In this document: positions 9,925 to 19,284 of the stretch, piece by piece
Layout: every line of letters starts with the position of its first letter
Position numbering within the stretch: position 1 is the stretch's first letter
IMG/VR virus record: IMGVR_UViG_3300045012_000053
Coordinates: 1 to 64,000 of that record
Direction: 5' to 3' (one strand)
Length of the DNA stretch: 64,000 nt
DNA from: a virus
Notes under the pieces: generated by a model
The model's database searches: none
What the model was told of the DNA's origin: nothing
The model's input: only the letters and a program-made list of their open reading frames with translations
Program-made: the position numbers and the translations under genes

Positions 9925-10650
9925 TTACTGCTGTTCGTCTTCCAAGTCCTCCGGTTGCAAATCGAGAACCTGCATACGAAATTCGTTGTTGACCTTCTTG
10001 GAGAGGTTGTCGATGTCCATCTCCTTGACCGCTTTCCACCAAATCTGTCGCTCCGGGTTCCAGCGAAACTTGTGCTTCTTGGCCTTCGAGTTTTCGTTCC
10101 GCTTTTGCAGCGACTGCACTACAACTATCGGGGACTGCGCGCGCTCCAAAACTATCTCAAAGGGGAACTTCGCCATGAGTCGCAGCATCGCGCTAACATC
10201 AGCGCCAGCTTCGTGCGGGTCGTAGTAGATGCCCATCTTGGCGCACATTGTAATCAGTTCTTGGCCGGGCATAGGCAGGTCTGTGAACGGGTCGATCAGA
10301 AGTTTGTCGGGGAATTTTCTTTTCAATCGGCTCGCCCACGCGTGGTACATGGGGATGTCGAAGCGGCGACCGTTGAATGCAACGATGGCCTCAGCGCGGT
10401 CAACGAAGTACATCGTCTCCTCGTACGCTTCCTCCTGCTCGTAGCCGAACTTGTTACACATCGCTTGAGTAACGCCAGTGATCTCGGTGATTTCGTCTGT
10501 GACGGGGACGCCATCAGACTGGACAAGGAACGCGCGAGTATCAAGACTACGGCTTAATTTTGTAGTCCACAAGGCCACGCCAACTTCTATTGGGCGATCT
10601 TTGACTTTGTCGAGACCCGTGCTTTCAATGTCCAATCCGGCGACGATCAT
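9925..10650 (-). CDS. DEDDh 3'-5' exonuclease (DnaQ-like)
   Basis: LDIESTGL, AFNGRRFD, HEAGADV. Confidence 0.9.
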   Translation of the reverse strand: MIVAGLDIESTGLDKVKDRPIEVGVALWTTKLSRSLDTRAFLVQSDGVPVTDEITEITGVTQAMCNKFGYEQEEAYEETMYFVDRAEAIVAFNGRRFDIPMYHAWASRLKRKFPDKLLIDPFTDLPMPGQELITMCAKMGIYYDPHEAGADVSAMLRLMAKFPFEIVLERAQSPIVVVQSLQKRNENSKAKKHKFRWNPERQIWWKAVKEMDIDNLSKKVNNEFRMQVLDLQPEDLEDEQQ

Positions 10651-10685
10651 GCAGTTAGCTCCACAAGTACCACCAGCGGTGGCAT

Positions 10686-11036
10686 CTATTGTTTCACTGG
10701 TTCCGAGCCATCGATCAGACGCTCCACTCCGTTTTCATCCGGCGTTGACAGCTCCCCGGTGATCGGAATAACATCGGCATCAATGCTTACAATCCACTTG
10801 AGTGGCACCAGCATGCGCTCTGCCGGGGTTTGGCGAATGTCGATGATCTGTCCTTGGTCCTTTTGCACGAACATCGCTTGAGAGCGGATGAACGCGCCGG
10901 ACTGTGCCTCGATCAAATCGTTGATGCCCTTGGTGTCGTCTCCGAGGTAAATCATGTACGCGTAAATGGTCTTGGGCAGGCCGTTCATCTGCCCGTCCCA
11001 CGACACGTGCCCGTTGAGCCTGATTACGGTTTGCAT
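10686..11036 (-). CDS. Hypothetical protein
   Basis: ATG 11036 overlaps upstream stop; operon-like packing. Confidence 0.65.
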   Translation of the reverse strand: MQTVIRLNGHVSWDGQMNGLPKTIYAYMIYLGDDTKGINDLIEAQSGAFIRSQAMFVQKDQGQIIDIRQTPAERMLVPLKWIVSIDADVIPITGELSTPDENGVERLIDGSEPVKQ

Positions 11037-11392
11037 TAGTCTGTCAGCTGGACCTTGGCCTTGCCGCCTTCGCGGATGGCCTGTTCGGCTGCCTTGGCTT
11101 GCGCCGCAGCGTTTGCCGCTGCGATCACCGCCGCCGGATTGACGGCTGGGATGATCTTGGACGGCTCCGGAATATTGTGCTTGCCCGCGCCCACGCTCTT
11201 CACTTCGCAGACGTCGGAGCAATACGCTAGGTTGCGACCGTCCGCCGTTTGAGTGAGGCGCACGCCCATCAACCACGCGTTATCCGGATTGGCGATCACG
11301 GCCTTGTGCTGCGACTGTTCGTACGTGATCGTCTTGGTGCATTCTGGTCCGTCACACGTGATGGTGCGGACTTGTGTATCGATGATTGGCAT
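11036..11392 (-). CDS. Hypothetical zinc-binding protein
   Basis: CDGPEC...YCSDVC; coupled to neighbours. Confidence 0.65.
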   Translation of the reverse strand: MPIIDTQVRTITCDGPECTKTITYEQSQHKAVIANPDNAWLMGVRLTQTADGRNLAYCSDVCEVKSVGAGKHNIPEPSKIIPAVNPAAVIAAANAAAQAKAAEQAIREGGKAKVQLTD

Positions 11393-11961
11393 TATTTTAT
11401 CCTTTGTAGATTGTAAAGTTGTCTAAATCGAGTGAGAAATGCTTGTTTTGCATATCCGGGTGCCCACTCGTGAATCGTGATATCTGCTTCTGTTTCATCC
11501 GTGCCCCACTTTTTTGATTCGTACTGCGTGGCCTCGGTGACATTCATTAGCTGCGCCTTCTCCGCATACAGCATTTGAACGTCGTACTTCTTTACTTCCT
11601 CGGACATCGGGTAAGGCAGTCCAAACTTCTTGAAAATCGCCTGCTCTACCTTCTCCTCGATTTGAAGATACGCAGGCCCGGCTGCTGTGAAGTGTTTCAG
11701 CGGGCGGTTCATATCTCCCAAATAGGCTTCGCTCGCGTCGTGCATCAAACACTCGAACGCGATCTCCTGCGGGCAGATAATGCTGGCGTAAACGCTGTGC
11801 TGGGCCACGCTGTAATGAAATCGTGTGTGCCCGGTCCAGCGGCACAGCTGCGACAACGAATGAGCGATGTCTTCCTCGCACACCATCTCTGGCTGGGGAT
11901 TCAGGTGGTAAAACTTCTTCCCCGTGTACGTGATAATCCACGCCTTTTGTTCGTCTGTCAT
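11392..11961 (-). CDS. HD-domain 5'-deoxynucleotidase (YfbR/YfdR-like)
   Basis: DIAHSLSQLCRWTGH, YSVAQHS, MHDASEAYLGD. Confidence 0.9.
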   Translation of the reverse strand: MTDEQKAWIITYTGKKFYHLNPQPEMVCEEDIAHSLSQLCRWTGHTRFHYSVAQHSVYASIICPQEIAFECLMHDASEAYLGDMNRPLKHFTAAGPAYLQIEEKVEQAIFKKFGLPYPMSEEVKKYDVQMLYAEKAQLMNVTEATQYESKKWGTDETEADITIHEWAPGYAKQAFLTRFRQLYNLQRIK

Positions 11962-12644
11962 TTGTGCCCCTTGAGCGCGCGTAGGTAGTGCACGAGCGTC
12001 ACAGCGTACTCCTCCAACAAAGGCAGATCGCCCGTCTTCACGGTGATTTGATAGTCGACGTTGTATCCGTCGAGTTGTGTCTCCGAGGTATGCTTCGGGT
12101 CGCGGCTATCATCAACGTACGGTGTGCCGTCTGAGTTCAAGCGGCTCACGCGCACGGTATATCCGCCCACGCTTTTCACGGCCTGCGCCTCGTTGATGAA
12201 GCGCATATCCGTTGCCATCACAATGCTGGCCTTTGGATTGATTCCATCCTTCCACTGCTTGACCCAATAGTCCTGATCTTGTGCGCGACGGTACTCGGTG
12301 CCCCACCACTGTAGCAGCTTCGCGTGCTTGCCGTACGGCGCGCGTGCGCTCACTTCCGCATTCGGGTCCGGCTGCACCCACGCAGGAATAGCAATCGTGT
12401 TTTCAATCTTCAAATCTAAAGCACCACGAAGCCACCAATCGCCATACGGCGACTTCAAAAAATCGTTGACTTCTTTATACAGTGCGTCCGCGAACGCGTG
12501 GCGTTGAATAATGACAGGCTTGTGATTTCTCAACCCATGCTTTGCCGCAGCCGCATCGATCTTCGCGAAATAGCTGTCGATGGCTGTGGCGAAGCTGTCC
12601 TTGCCGTGGCGAGCGCGATTCCCGAGGCCCAAGATTAGTGTCAT
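11958..12644 (-). CDS. Deoxynucleoside monophosphate kinase
   Basis: GNRARHGKDS, AFADALY, LLQWWGTE, TDMRFINEA, HTSET. Confidence 0.9.
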   Translation of the reverse strand: MTLILGLGNRARHGKDSFATAIDSYFAKIDAAAAKHGLRNHKPVIIQRHAFADALYKEVNDFLKSPYGDWWLRGALDLKIENTIAIPAWVQPDPNAEVSARAPYGKHAKLLQWWGTEYRRAQDQDYWVKQWKDGINPKASIVMATDMRFINEAQAVKSVGGYTVRVSRLNSDGTPYVDDSRDPKHTSETQLDGYNVDYQITVKTGDLPLLEEYAVTLVHYLRALKGHK

Positions 12645-13084
12645 AAATCGCTCTCGAATGGCGTTAGCTTCACGCCGCCTGCTATCAGAATCTTCTTGCT
12701 CGTTTCAAATCCATAACGCGGGTCAGCCCAGCGCTCCGGTTTCACGGTGTACACCAGCTCCGAAATACCGACCGCGACAATCGCTCTCGCGCAGTCTGCG
12801 CAAGGAAACCAGTTGAGGAACATGACGCAACCTTGCAGGTCATGACCGTTCTTCCCGTAAATAGCGTTACGCTCTGCGTGTTCAATCCAGTTGTATTTTT
12901 CGGGGCGGCTAAGACGCTCCGGCGTTTTATCTATATCATAAGGCAAGCGATTCGAGTCGGTCGTGAACGGGTTATATGCACCCGGCTCATAGATAGCGCA
13001 CCCGGTTTGAGTGTCCGGGTCATCCGACTCTCGGGACGCGTGTATCGCCATATTCATGCCGCGAACGTAGAAGTCGTTTATCAT
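12641..13084 (-). CDS. dCMP deaminase
   Basis: HAERNAI, PCADCARAI; start placed at ATG 13084. Confidence 0.9.
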   Translation of the reverse strand: MINDFYVRGMNMAIHASRESDDPDTQTGCAIYEPGAYNPFTTDSNRLPYDIDKTPERLSRPEKYNWIEHAERNAIYGKNGHDLQGCVMFLNWFPCADCARAIVAVGISELVYTVKPERWADPRYGFETSKKILIAGGVKLTPFESDL

Positions 13085-13320
13085 GCTGCTCTCCTGATCG
13101 CATCTTTGATATCGTTCCTGTCGCCGCAGATCGGACACGGTACAGCCTTGTGCTCCGGATTCAAATCAACCACCAGCCAGCCGTTACCGCAACGGCCACA
13201 TACCAGCTTGCCGTTGAAGTAGACGACCTTCTTCACGCCTTCCCGCTTCCTGCGGTCGGTGCGCTTCACGCCGTCGACTGCGCCGGGTTCGCGGCCTTTA
13301 TTAGTGCGATGATCTGTCAT
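13081..13320 (-). CDS. Small zinc-ribbon protein
   Basis: CGRC...CPIC; overlaps both neighbours. Confidence 0.65.
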   Translation of the reverse strand: MTDHRTNKGREPGAVDGVKRTDRRKREGVKKVVYFNGKLVCGRCGNGWLVVDLNPEHKAVPCPICGDRNDIKDAIRRAA

Positions 13321-14318
13321 TGACGCGCCCTCGCTTCGTATCGTTCTAACAAAGAGATTAGCTTATCCAATTCCGCTCTGTCGCTCTTGATTTGTTCCAA
13401 AAACGACACAGGAGCAACTTCTTTTGCTCTTCTTTTTCTTCCGGGACACTCTTCGTGCGCTTCGTGCAACTCTTTTCTTTCACAACGCAGCATTATTTTC
13501 TTCTCCTCTAAGGTCTCTTTCTGCAAAATAGGCGAGAGCAAGAAATGCTGCTGCCGCCACTGCTGGAACTTGTCCGTTTCCAGTGGCTTTATATCTGTCC
13601 ATCCAGCGGGCCACCCCATCAACCACTCTTGGTCTATTGGGTTCGGACGAGGACTTTCGTTTCCCTCGTAAGGCCACAACTTTGCTCCCTCGTTCTGCTT
13701 CCGAGAATCCTTTGCTGTAGAGTCCGTGCCTTTCGTTGACAGATTCCCTTGTCCAACCCTCGGGTTCTTTTGACCAAATGCGCGGATATAATTCTTGCAC
13801 CCCTCGTGCTTGTACATTGAAGGAGCTAAGTAATTGGCGGCTGTCGTCGGCGTATGCAAGAAGCCAATATCTGGAACGGTTATGATCTGCACCCAAGTCT
13901 GCCGCCGAAAGGGCGAGTGTTTTAGTTCTATATCCGCCTTTACGGCAGTCGGCAGCTGCTTTTGAAATGGCTTTAATTGATACGTTTTCAGCGAAAACCA
14001 ATCGGGGTTTAACTTCGTCCACGATGCGAAACATCTCAGGCCAAAGATCGGCTGCTGTCGACCTTCCGTGTGTTGCTGTGGAGAAGGCTTGGCAAGGAAA
14101 GCCTCCCGAAACCAAGTTAACAGAGCCTCTCCAAGGCTCTCCTTTAAAGGAGCGAATGTCATCCCAGATAGGGAACGGGTGGAAAAATCCATCATTCTGT
14201 CTTTGAATAAGAATGCTTGTGGCGTAGGGTTCAATTTCAACAGCGCAGACAGTTCTCCATCCGAGGAGTTCGCTCGCGAGTATTCCTCCACCAGCGCCCG
14301 CGAAAAGTGCCAACTCAT
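13317..14318 (-). CDS. Overlapping-frame partner (beta-like subunit) of the C5 methyltransferase
   Basis: Own RBS (AAGGAG); carries NPIDQEWLMGWPAGWT (motif IX-like), which the main frame lacks. Confidence 0.6.
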   Translation of the reverse strand: MSWHFSRALVEEYSRANSSDGELSALLKLNPTPQAFLFKDRMMDFSTRSLSGMTFAPLKESLGEALLTWFREAFLAKPSPQQHTEGRQQPIFGLRCFASWTKLNPDWFSLKTYQLKPFQKQLPTAVKADIELKHSPFRRQTWVQIITVPDIGFLHTPTTAANYLAPSMYKHEGCKNYIRAFGQKNPRVGQGNLSTKGTDSTAKDSRKQNEGAKLWPYEGNESPRPNPIDQEWLMGWPAGWTDIKPLETDKFQQWRQQHFLLSPILQKETLEEKKIMLRCERKELHEAHEECPGRKRRAKEVAPVSFLEQIKSDRAELDKLISLLERYEARARQ

Positions 14319-14358
14319 TTATTTTATTCTCCTTATCAGCGTTCTCCCTTCTCCCCAT
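13480..14358 (-). CDS. DNA (cytosine-5)-methyltransferase
   Basis: LFAGAGG (I), GGFPCQAFS (IV), ENV (VI), HNRSR (VIII), GNGQVP (X); GAGGAG RBS before ATG 14358. Confidence 0.9.
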   Translation of the reverse strand: MGRRENADKENKINELALFAGAGGGILASELLGWRTVCAVEIEPYATSILIQRQNDGFFHPFPIWDDIRSFKGEPWRGSVNLVSGGFPCQAFSTATHGRSTAADLWPEMFRIVDEVKPRLVFAENVSIKAISKAAADCRKGGYRTKTLALSAADLGADHNRSRYWLLAYADDSRQLLSSFNVQARGVQELYPRIWSKEPEGWTRESVNERHGLYSKGFSEAERGSKVVALRGKRKSSSEPNRPRVVDGVARWMDRYKATGNGQVPAVAAAAFLALAYFAERDLRGEENNAAL

Positions 14359-14368
14359 TATTTTCTCC

Positions 14369-14722
14369 TCACTGGGATAGGCGATATTCAAAAATTCCAT
14401 CTGCTCTCTTACGAGTATCAATTACGTATGAACCCATCTCTGGCTTCCGTAGCGTTCTAATACACGCCGACAACCCCGTAAGACTTTTATAGCCAGACAA
14501 TCGTGATATCTCGTCCAACGAAGACCAGCCACTTGCAGCCATTGCAGCCAGAACGCTATCTACCTTGCGACTTACAGCGGTGCGATGGTTGACGACGCAA
14601 TCACCCAAACTCTCTGATGTGATGTGAAATGTTTTGTAGTCTGGGTCTCCTACATATCGCACTTCTGATAGCGAACCGCTCGTGCTCACTACTTCTACTT
14701 GCTTGCCTTTATAGTATGCCAT
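14369..14722 (-). CDS. Hypothetical protein, possible winged-helix C-terminus
   Basis: WSSLDEISRLSG...LSACIRTLRKPEMG; RBS present. Confidence 0.55.
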   Translation of the reverse strand: MAYYKGKQVEVVSTSGSLSEVRYVGDPDYKTFHITSESLGDCVVNHRTAVSRKVDSVLAAMAASGWSSLDEISRLSGYKSLTGLSACIRTLRKPEMGSYVIDTRKRADGIFEYRLSQ

Positions 14723-14743
14723 GACTCACCTACCTTTCAAGAA

Positions 14744-15463
14744 TCATACTAGCATAAGTTCAGGCTGATTGTCAAGAGTTATTTTAGCAGTATTTCCGTA
14801 GGAGACGAACTGCTTTATTAAATCAGATTTAACACCGCTAATTGGCGCACGGACATTTGTCATCCAATCAACAGCCGCTTCCACGAATAAATGTCCTTCT
14901 GTGGTCAGCGTGCCATCGTTATTGTACATGCGACCTGAATCAAAAAACCTATGAAAAGAAGGAATCGGGTAACCACTGTATATGCCTGCTTTGGCTTCTT
15001 TCGTAAGCTCAGTAAGGTGTGCTGAATCCATAAAATCTATCAAAACCGAGGGAATATCATAATTACTAAGGATATCTTTGGACCAAATCTGCTGTCGCGT
15101 GCGCCTATTTACAACACATTGGGTAGTTCCTGTGTTGCCGGGAACTCGCGGAATATTATTAGGCGACGGAGAACTCGCCCCGATCTTTAGGAACCCAAAA
15201 AATGCCTCACCCATATACCTGCCTTGGCTGCGCCTAGGTTGACTTGTAACGTGAGAAGGTATTGTGGTGCCAGTAAATAAAGCCCGTGCAACAGCCACGT
15301 GGTCAAGTGTTGTTTGAGAATAAGTACCGGGCGCACCCATCATCGCTAAGAAAAACTTACTTGCCGCCCCTCCTTGAGTTGTTGCTCCGTAAGCGCCGCG
15401 AATCTTACCACCCGAAAGAATGAGATTTCGGATGACATCTTGAATCTGGTTCTTTGTTGACAT
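14744..15463 (-). CDS. Hypothetical protein (AT-richer)
   Basis: 239-aa ORF in operon orientation, no recognised motif. Confidence 0.65.
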   Translation of the reverse strand: MSTKNQIQDVIRNLILSGGKIRGAYGATTQGGAASKFFLAMMGAPGTYSQTTLDHVAVARALFTGTTIPSHVTSQPRRSQGRYMGEAFFGFLKIGASSPSPNNIPRVPGNTGTTQCVVNRRTRQQIWSKDILSNYDIPSVLIDFMDSAHLTELTKEAKAGIYSGYPIPSFHRFFDSGRMYNNDGTLTTEGHLFVEAAVDWMTNVRAPISGVKSDLIKQFVSYGNTAKITLDNQPELMLV

Positions 15464-15478
15464 TAATTATTCACCTTA

Positions 15479-17095
15479 CTAGGCTCTCCATTCTCCGTTG
15501 TAAATCGTGACAATAGTGCGCTTCCCGTTCGAATACGTCAACGTATGACTGTGAGTTGCTGCGCTAGGCCCCAAATTGTAGTCCCAGCGGGGCTTTGCAC
15601 TCGTGCCTGCTACGTACAAACCACCAAAGATACCAGTGGCGTGGGTGTGGGCTGTGTTTGCCTTCCGAGCCATCTTGCTCAGATTGTCAGGGGTTCCGAA
15701 GCGTCCTGCGGGACCTAGGTGTCCGTGCATGCCTGTCTCGATGCGCTTGCCGCAAATCAGGTACGACTCATCAGCAATAAGAAACTTCGCGCCTGTCAAG
15801 CCAAACTTTCGCATCACGTGCTCGATGACACTGATGTCACGGGGCATCTTGCCGGAGCGAATCTGGGCGTACATCCAAGATTGCAATTCTAGAAACAGTT
15901 CTGCGTTCGCTGGGTCTACCCGATAATCGAAGTCTCGAAGCCACTTCTTAACCCAAGCATCATCGTGGTTTGAATCAACGACAATCATCTTAGAAAAAGG
16001 GCGCTCATAAGTCTTAATAAGAGCTACCGTGTCTTCTACTTCCTTGCTGAACTTGCTATAACCGCGCAGGTACGTGTGGAACTTAGCGTGGTTGTCCTTG
16101 TGTTTACGATTATGCGGATTAATACTGGCACCTTCCATAATGTCGTGAAGAAATTGATATTTCGGGTTCAACGTGTCCAGCATATCATGAGACGCCTTAA
16201 CAACGACGGGGTCTGCGAACGTGCCGTGCAGGTCGCCGAAGGTGAGCGCTTCCACTCGCACGCCTTGAACAACTTTACCTTTGGTGACAAGCACGTCCAA
16301 GTCCTGCATCGTGTTGGTGCCTTCATCCTGATTCAGCTGTCGCACCCACCAGTTGCCGTCCGAGTTAATCTCGACGAGTAGCCCGCCGTAGATGTGGTGA
16401 AATTCAGCGATTACTCCCTCACGCTTCTGAATGTAGTTGCGCTGAGTAACCGTGCCCGTGGTGTAGTTCAGCTTCACGCCCTCGCCCTGCATCGTTGCAA
16501 TCGAACGCATCGCTAGCTTGGCGTGGGGGAAGATTGCGCTCTTGCGTCCGGTGTAGGATTCCAGCCCGGCCAGCGGGTTGACCATCGTGGGCAGGATGTT
16601 CATCTCTCCGCACCACACGAGTCCCTTCCCGAGTTCGATACGCCGATCTTGGATATAATCGTAGCCTGCAATCTTCGGGTCGTACCAGAGTTCCTTCTGT
16701 TCGATCTTGTCCTTGCCGCGCTTCACGCTCAACTTTCCGTATGCGTTCTGGTTGTACGTGTAAGTGCCAACGATAATCTGAGCGTTGTAGTAAGCTGCAA
16801 GCGCTTTCAAATTATTCCACGCATCGTCGTTGACCAGCGTGTTATTCTGCGCGGATGTTAAGATATAACGAGCCACCTTCCCCTTCTCGGGCAGCGGATA
16901 CTTCTCAGCCTGCGTGCCAGCGCGTGTGCCCGCAGCAATCGGCTTCTCTGCTACGCCAGTGGGAACGAGAATGCGCCGCACCGATGAGCGTGAGATGCCT
17001 AGCTCTTTCGCGGTAGCGCGGATGTTGCCGCTGTGCTTCTCGTAAATCTTGGCTACTTCGTCTTGAGACTTGCGCTTGCTCTTGGGTACGTTCAT
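15479..17095 (-). CDS. HTH + calcineurin-like metallophosphoesterase
   Basis: NIRATAKELGISRSSVRR; GDLH, HD, SNHD, HGH, AHTH. Confidence 0.75.
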   Translation of the reverse strand: MNVPKSKRKSQDEVAKIYEKHSGNIRATAKELGISRSSVRRILVPTGVAEKPIAAGTRAGTQAEKYPLPEKGKVARYILTSAQNNTLVNDDAWNNLKALAAYYNAQIIVGTYTYNQNAYGKLSVKRGKDKIEQKELWYDPKIAGYDYIQDRRIELGKGLVWCGEMNILPTMVNPLAGLESYTGRKSAIFPHAKLAMRSIATMQGEGVKLNYTTGTVTQRNYIQKREGVIAEFHHIYGGLLVEINSDGNWWVRQLNQDEGTNTMQDLDVLVTKGKVVQGVRVEALTFGDLHGTFADPVVVKASHDMLDTLNPKYQFLHDIMEGASINPHNRKHKDNHAKFHTYLRGYSKFSKEVEDTVALIKTYERPFSKMIVVDSNHDDAWVKKWLRDFDYRVDPANAELFLELQSWMYAQIRSGKMPRDISVIEHVMRKFGLTGAKFLIADESYLICGKRIETGMHGHLGPAGRFGTPDNLSKMARKANTAHTHATGIFGGLYVAGTSAKPRWDYNLGPSAATHSHTLTYSNGKRTIVTIYNGEWRA

Positions 17096-17102
17096 GTTCC
17101 CT

Positions 17103-17825
17103 CTAGTGAAATAAGCCGATGAATGCTGCGACTGTTACCGCTACGCCTGCAACGAAGCCCTGCTTACGTCCCTTCCATAGTGCTTTGTGAATCTGAGTCT
17201 TCGCAACCTTGGCATCTTCCGCGCGTCCGGTCTTTTCGAGCGTGAGGCTGGTGTTCAATCCGGTGATCTGTGTGTCGAGTTGAGCGCGAACAGCGGTGCA
17301 GCCTGTTAGCTTATCTTGCGTGGCGGCAAGCTGATCGGTGAGCGCAGGAATCTTTTCTAATTCCGCGACTGTGGTGTGAGCGGCATCCGTGGTGACCGCA
17401 ACGGTGCCGTTGGTTTGAGGAGTAATACTGCCGGGGGACAGCTTTAACATATCTTCCCAGTGAGAGGAGAGAAGCGGGAGGGGAAGCGCCGCGTCCGCTT
17501 GCTGTACCACCACAAGTTTCTGTTTCGATGCCGCGATCTTCGCGTCGTCGATCTTGGCCTTTGCATCCACGCTGGCCTTTAACTGTGCAATCTGTACTTG
17601 TAGCGCGAGATTATTCTTGTCAACTTGTGCGATCTGCGCGTTGGTTGCGGACTGTTCGGCCTTCAAGTGGTTGCTGTACGCATCATAAGCTTTATCGCCA
17701 TAGTGCCAGAGAACGCCGGAGATGATGAGTGCAAGGAGGAGCTTTTCGTGGGCCTTAATGAGTGTAACCCAATGCGAGATGATCGGGTGTGTTGAGGTGG
17801 CTATTACTGTCGGCTGTGTTGCCAT
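17103..17825 (-). CDS. Membrane-anchored coiled-coil protein (possibly spanin-like)
   Basis: Hydrophobic segments at both ends around Ala/Gln-rich helices. Confidence 0.55.
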   Translation of the reverse strand: MATQPTVIATSTHPIISHWVTLIKAHEKLLLALIISGVLWHYGDKAYDAYSNHLKAEQSATNAQIAQVDKNNLALQVQIAQLKASVDAKAKIDDAKIAASKQKLVVVQQADAALPLPLLSSHWEDMLKLSPGSITPQTNGTVAVTTDAAHTTVAELEKIPALTDQLAATQDKLTGCTAVRAQLDTQITGLNTSLTLEKTGRAEDAKVAKTQIHKALWKGRKQGFVAGVAVTVAAFIGLFH

Positions 17826-17834
17826 TTTTCCTCT

Positions 17835-18365
17835 CTATCTAGGTAAAAGATGTTTCACGGGTGGCATCAATTTGCGTTCCTTGCGCAGCCGCTTCCTATG
17901 CGCCTTGGTTCCAGTTCGGCCAGTGTACCCTATGTGCTTCATTCCGAGCGCGATGCGGACGGGCGGATTGAGCAGATACGCGGCTATTCTTTCCACCACA
18001 ATAGCCACAGAAAGGTTCTTCACCTTACCGAGGCCATAACGCTTGTACGCGTTCTCGATTTTACCGATTAAAGGATTGCATCGGGAGCACGCGAGACCGC
18101 GTATTTCTCCAGTGTCATGATCGTGATCGACTGACAGCCTGCGTCCCTTCACAGGCTCCGGACACCAGCAGATGTAACAAACGCCGCGCTGGTGCGCAAG
18201 TATGATCTCGTACTGCGCAATGGTCAGCTTATAGTTATCCCACAACCGTTTCGCGCGAGCGCGTTCTTTCGCTTGATCTTCCACAAGGGGAGTACAAGCG
18301 GTGGCATTCAGTACCCAGCAAGGGTTCCCTGATCTCGTTTTCCGAGGTCCGAAACATTTCATCAA
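17835..18365 (-). CDS. Endonuclease VII-family protein
   Basis: CYIC...LSVDHDHDTGEIRGLACSRCN. Confidence 0.9.
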   Translation of the reverse strand: MMKCFGPRKTRSGNPCWVLNATACTPLVEDQAKERARAKRLWDNYKLTIAQYEIILAHQRGVCYICWCPEPVKGRRLSVDHDHDTGEIRGLACSRCNPLIGKIENAYKRYGLGKVKNLSVAIVVERIAAYLLNPPVRIALGMKHIGYTGRTGTKAHRKRLRKERKLMPPVKHLLPR

Positions 18366-18390
18366 GGAATTTCTGAAAACTCAATCCGTT

Positions 18391-18666
18391 TTAGGCACAC
18401 ATATCCCAGCGCTGAACCCGGCGGCTTCCACGGGTGCCAATCGTTGGACGATATTTCCCCCTCCCCTCGGTGACCTTTACAATTCGAACGCCTGCCAGCG
18501 CTTCCGGATTGCGGTGCTCGCCTCTCCGCGTGATGCGGTAGTTGTACGCCATCGAATCAAGAAGCCCGTCCTGATCTAGCGCGGACAGCTGAGGCGGGAA
18601 CAGCCTTGCCAGCGTATTCTCCCACGAGAATCCACCGCTGCCTGCTGGGAGTAGGATGAACTTCAT
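18391..18666 (-). CDS. Hypothetical protein
   Basis: ATGA overlap with upstream ORF. Confidence 0.4.
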   Translation of the reverse strand: MKFILLPAGSGGFSWENTLARLFPPQLSALDQDGLLDSMAYNYRITRRGEHRNPEALAGVRIVKVTEGRGKYRPTIGTRGSRRVQRWDMCA

Positions 18667-18923
18667 AGCAGTCCCTTCGCCACCATACGGCGGCGGAACA
18701 ATTCGTAAGCGAAAATGTTCTCCATCGAATCAAGGGTGAGAAGGATGAGGCGGTACTCATCATCGCGTGTCAATTCCGGATGCGTAGCGAGGATACGTGT
18801 CAGCTGTTCGCACTCCGGGCCGTCGTCGGTGGGGTCATACTGATACACCTCCGCGCAGTTGTGTCGCTCCCAAAATTCTTGGTGTGCGGTCGGTGGTGTC
18901 CAAAACTCGCTATTACTTTGCAT
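18663..18923 (-). CDS. Hypothetical protein
   Basis: Operon packing, plausible composition. Confidence 0.55.
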   Translation of the reverse strand: MQSNSEFWTPPTAHQEFWERHNCAEVYQYDPTDDGPECEQLTRILATHPELTRDDEYRLILLTLDSMENIFAYELFRRRMVAKGLL

Positions 18924-19017
18924 CCTTGCCTCCGGGGAATCCGTCGTGCGCGTTGAACAGCGCGAGCCATCCTAAGATGGCGACCGCGAGCGCGCCTAAC
19001 CACATCATATAGGTCAT
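18913..19017 (-). CDS. Small membrane peptide (34 aa)
   Basis: AGGAG RBS; MTYMMWLGALAVAILGWLALFN. Confidence 0.55.
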   Translation of the reverse strand: MTYMMWLGALAVAILGWLALFNAHDGFPGGKDAK

Positions 19018-19039
19018 TGCACACTCCTGTACAAATCTG

Positions 19040-19243
19040 GGAACTTGTACGCTTTCGTACAAAGGCGTTGTGCGCCTAGCAGCTAACAGTTGGTTTCTAA
19101 GAGAGTCGCGTACTCTCTGGGATTGTGTCCCCCGCCGCGTCCCACCGCTCTCGGACTTACGTGGGTGCTGTACACGGCATTCACTGTTAGCTGCTAGATG
19201 CACGGGGCGGGTCTCTCAGGTCCGCCCCCGCTGTGCTCTACTG
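19040..19243 (-). ncRNA. Unclassified structured RNA or long leader
   Basis: Perfect 15-bp stem 19076-19090/19183-19197 enclosing three hairpins; own promoter. Confidence 0.55.
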
Positions 19244-19248
19244 AATAC

Positions 19249-19277
19249 AGACTACCACCGATCTGGTTTACCGTCAA
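19249..19277 (-). promoter_or_regulatory. Sigma70-type promoter
   Basis: TTGACG-17-TAGTCT with extended -10 TG. Confidence 0.7.
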
Positions 19278-19284
19278 TGGTACT

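Noticed and set aside
11392-13084. 2-aminoadenine (Z) or other modified-base pathway
   Set aside because: HD hydrolase, kinase and deaminase are common; no PurZ or base-modifying transferase is seen in the window.
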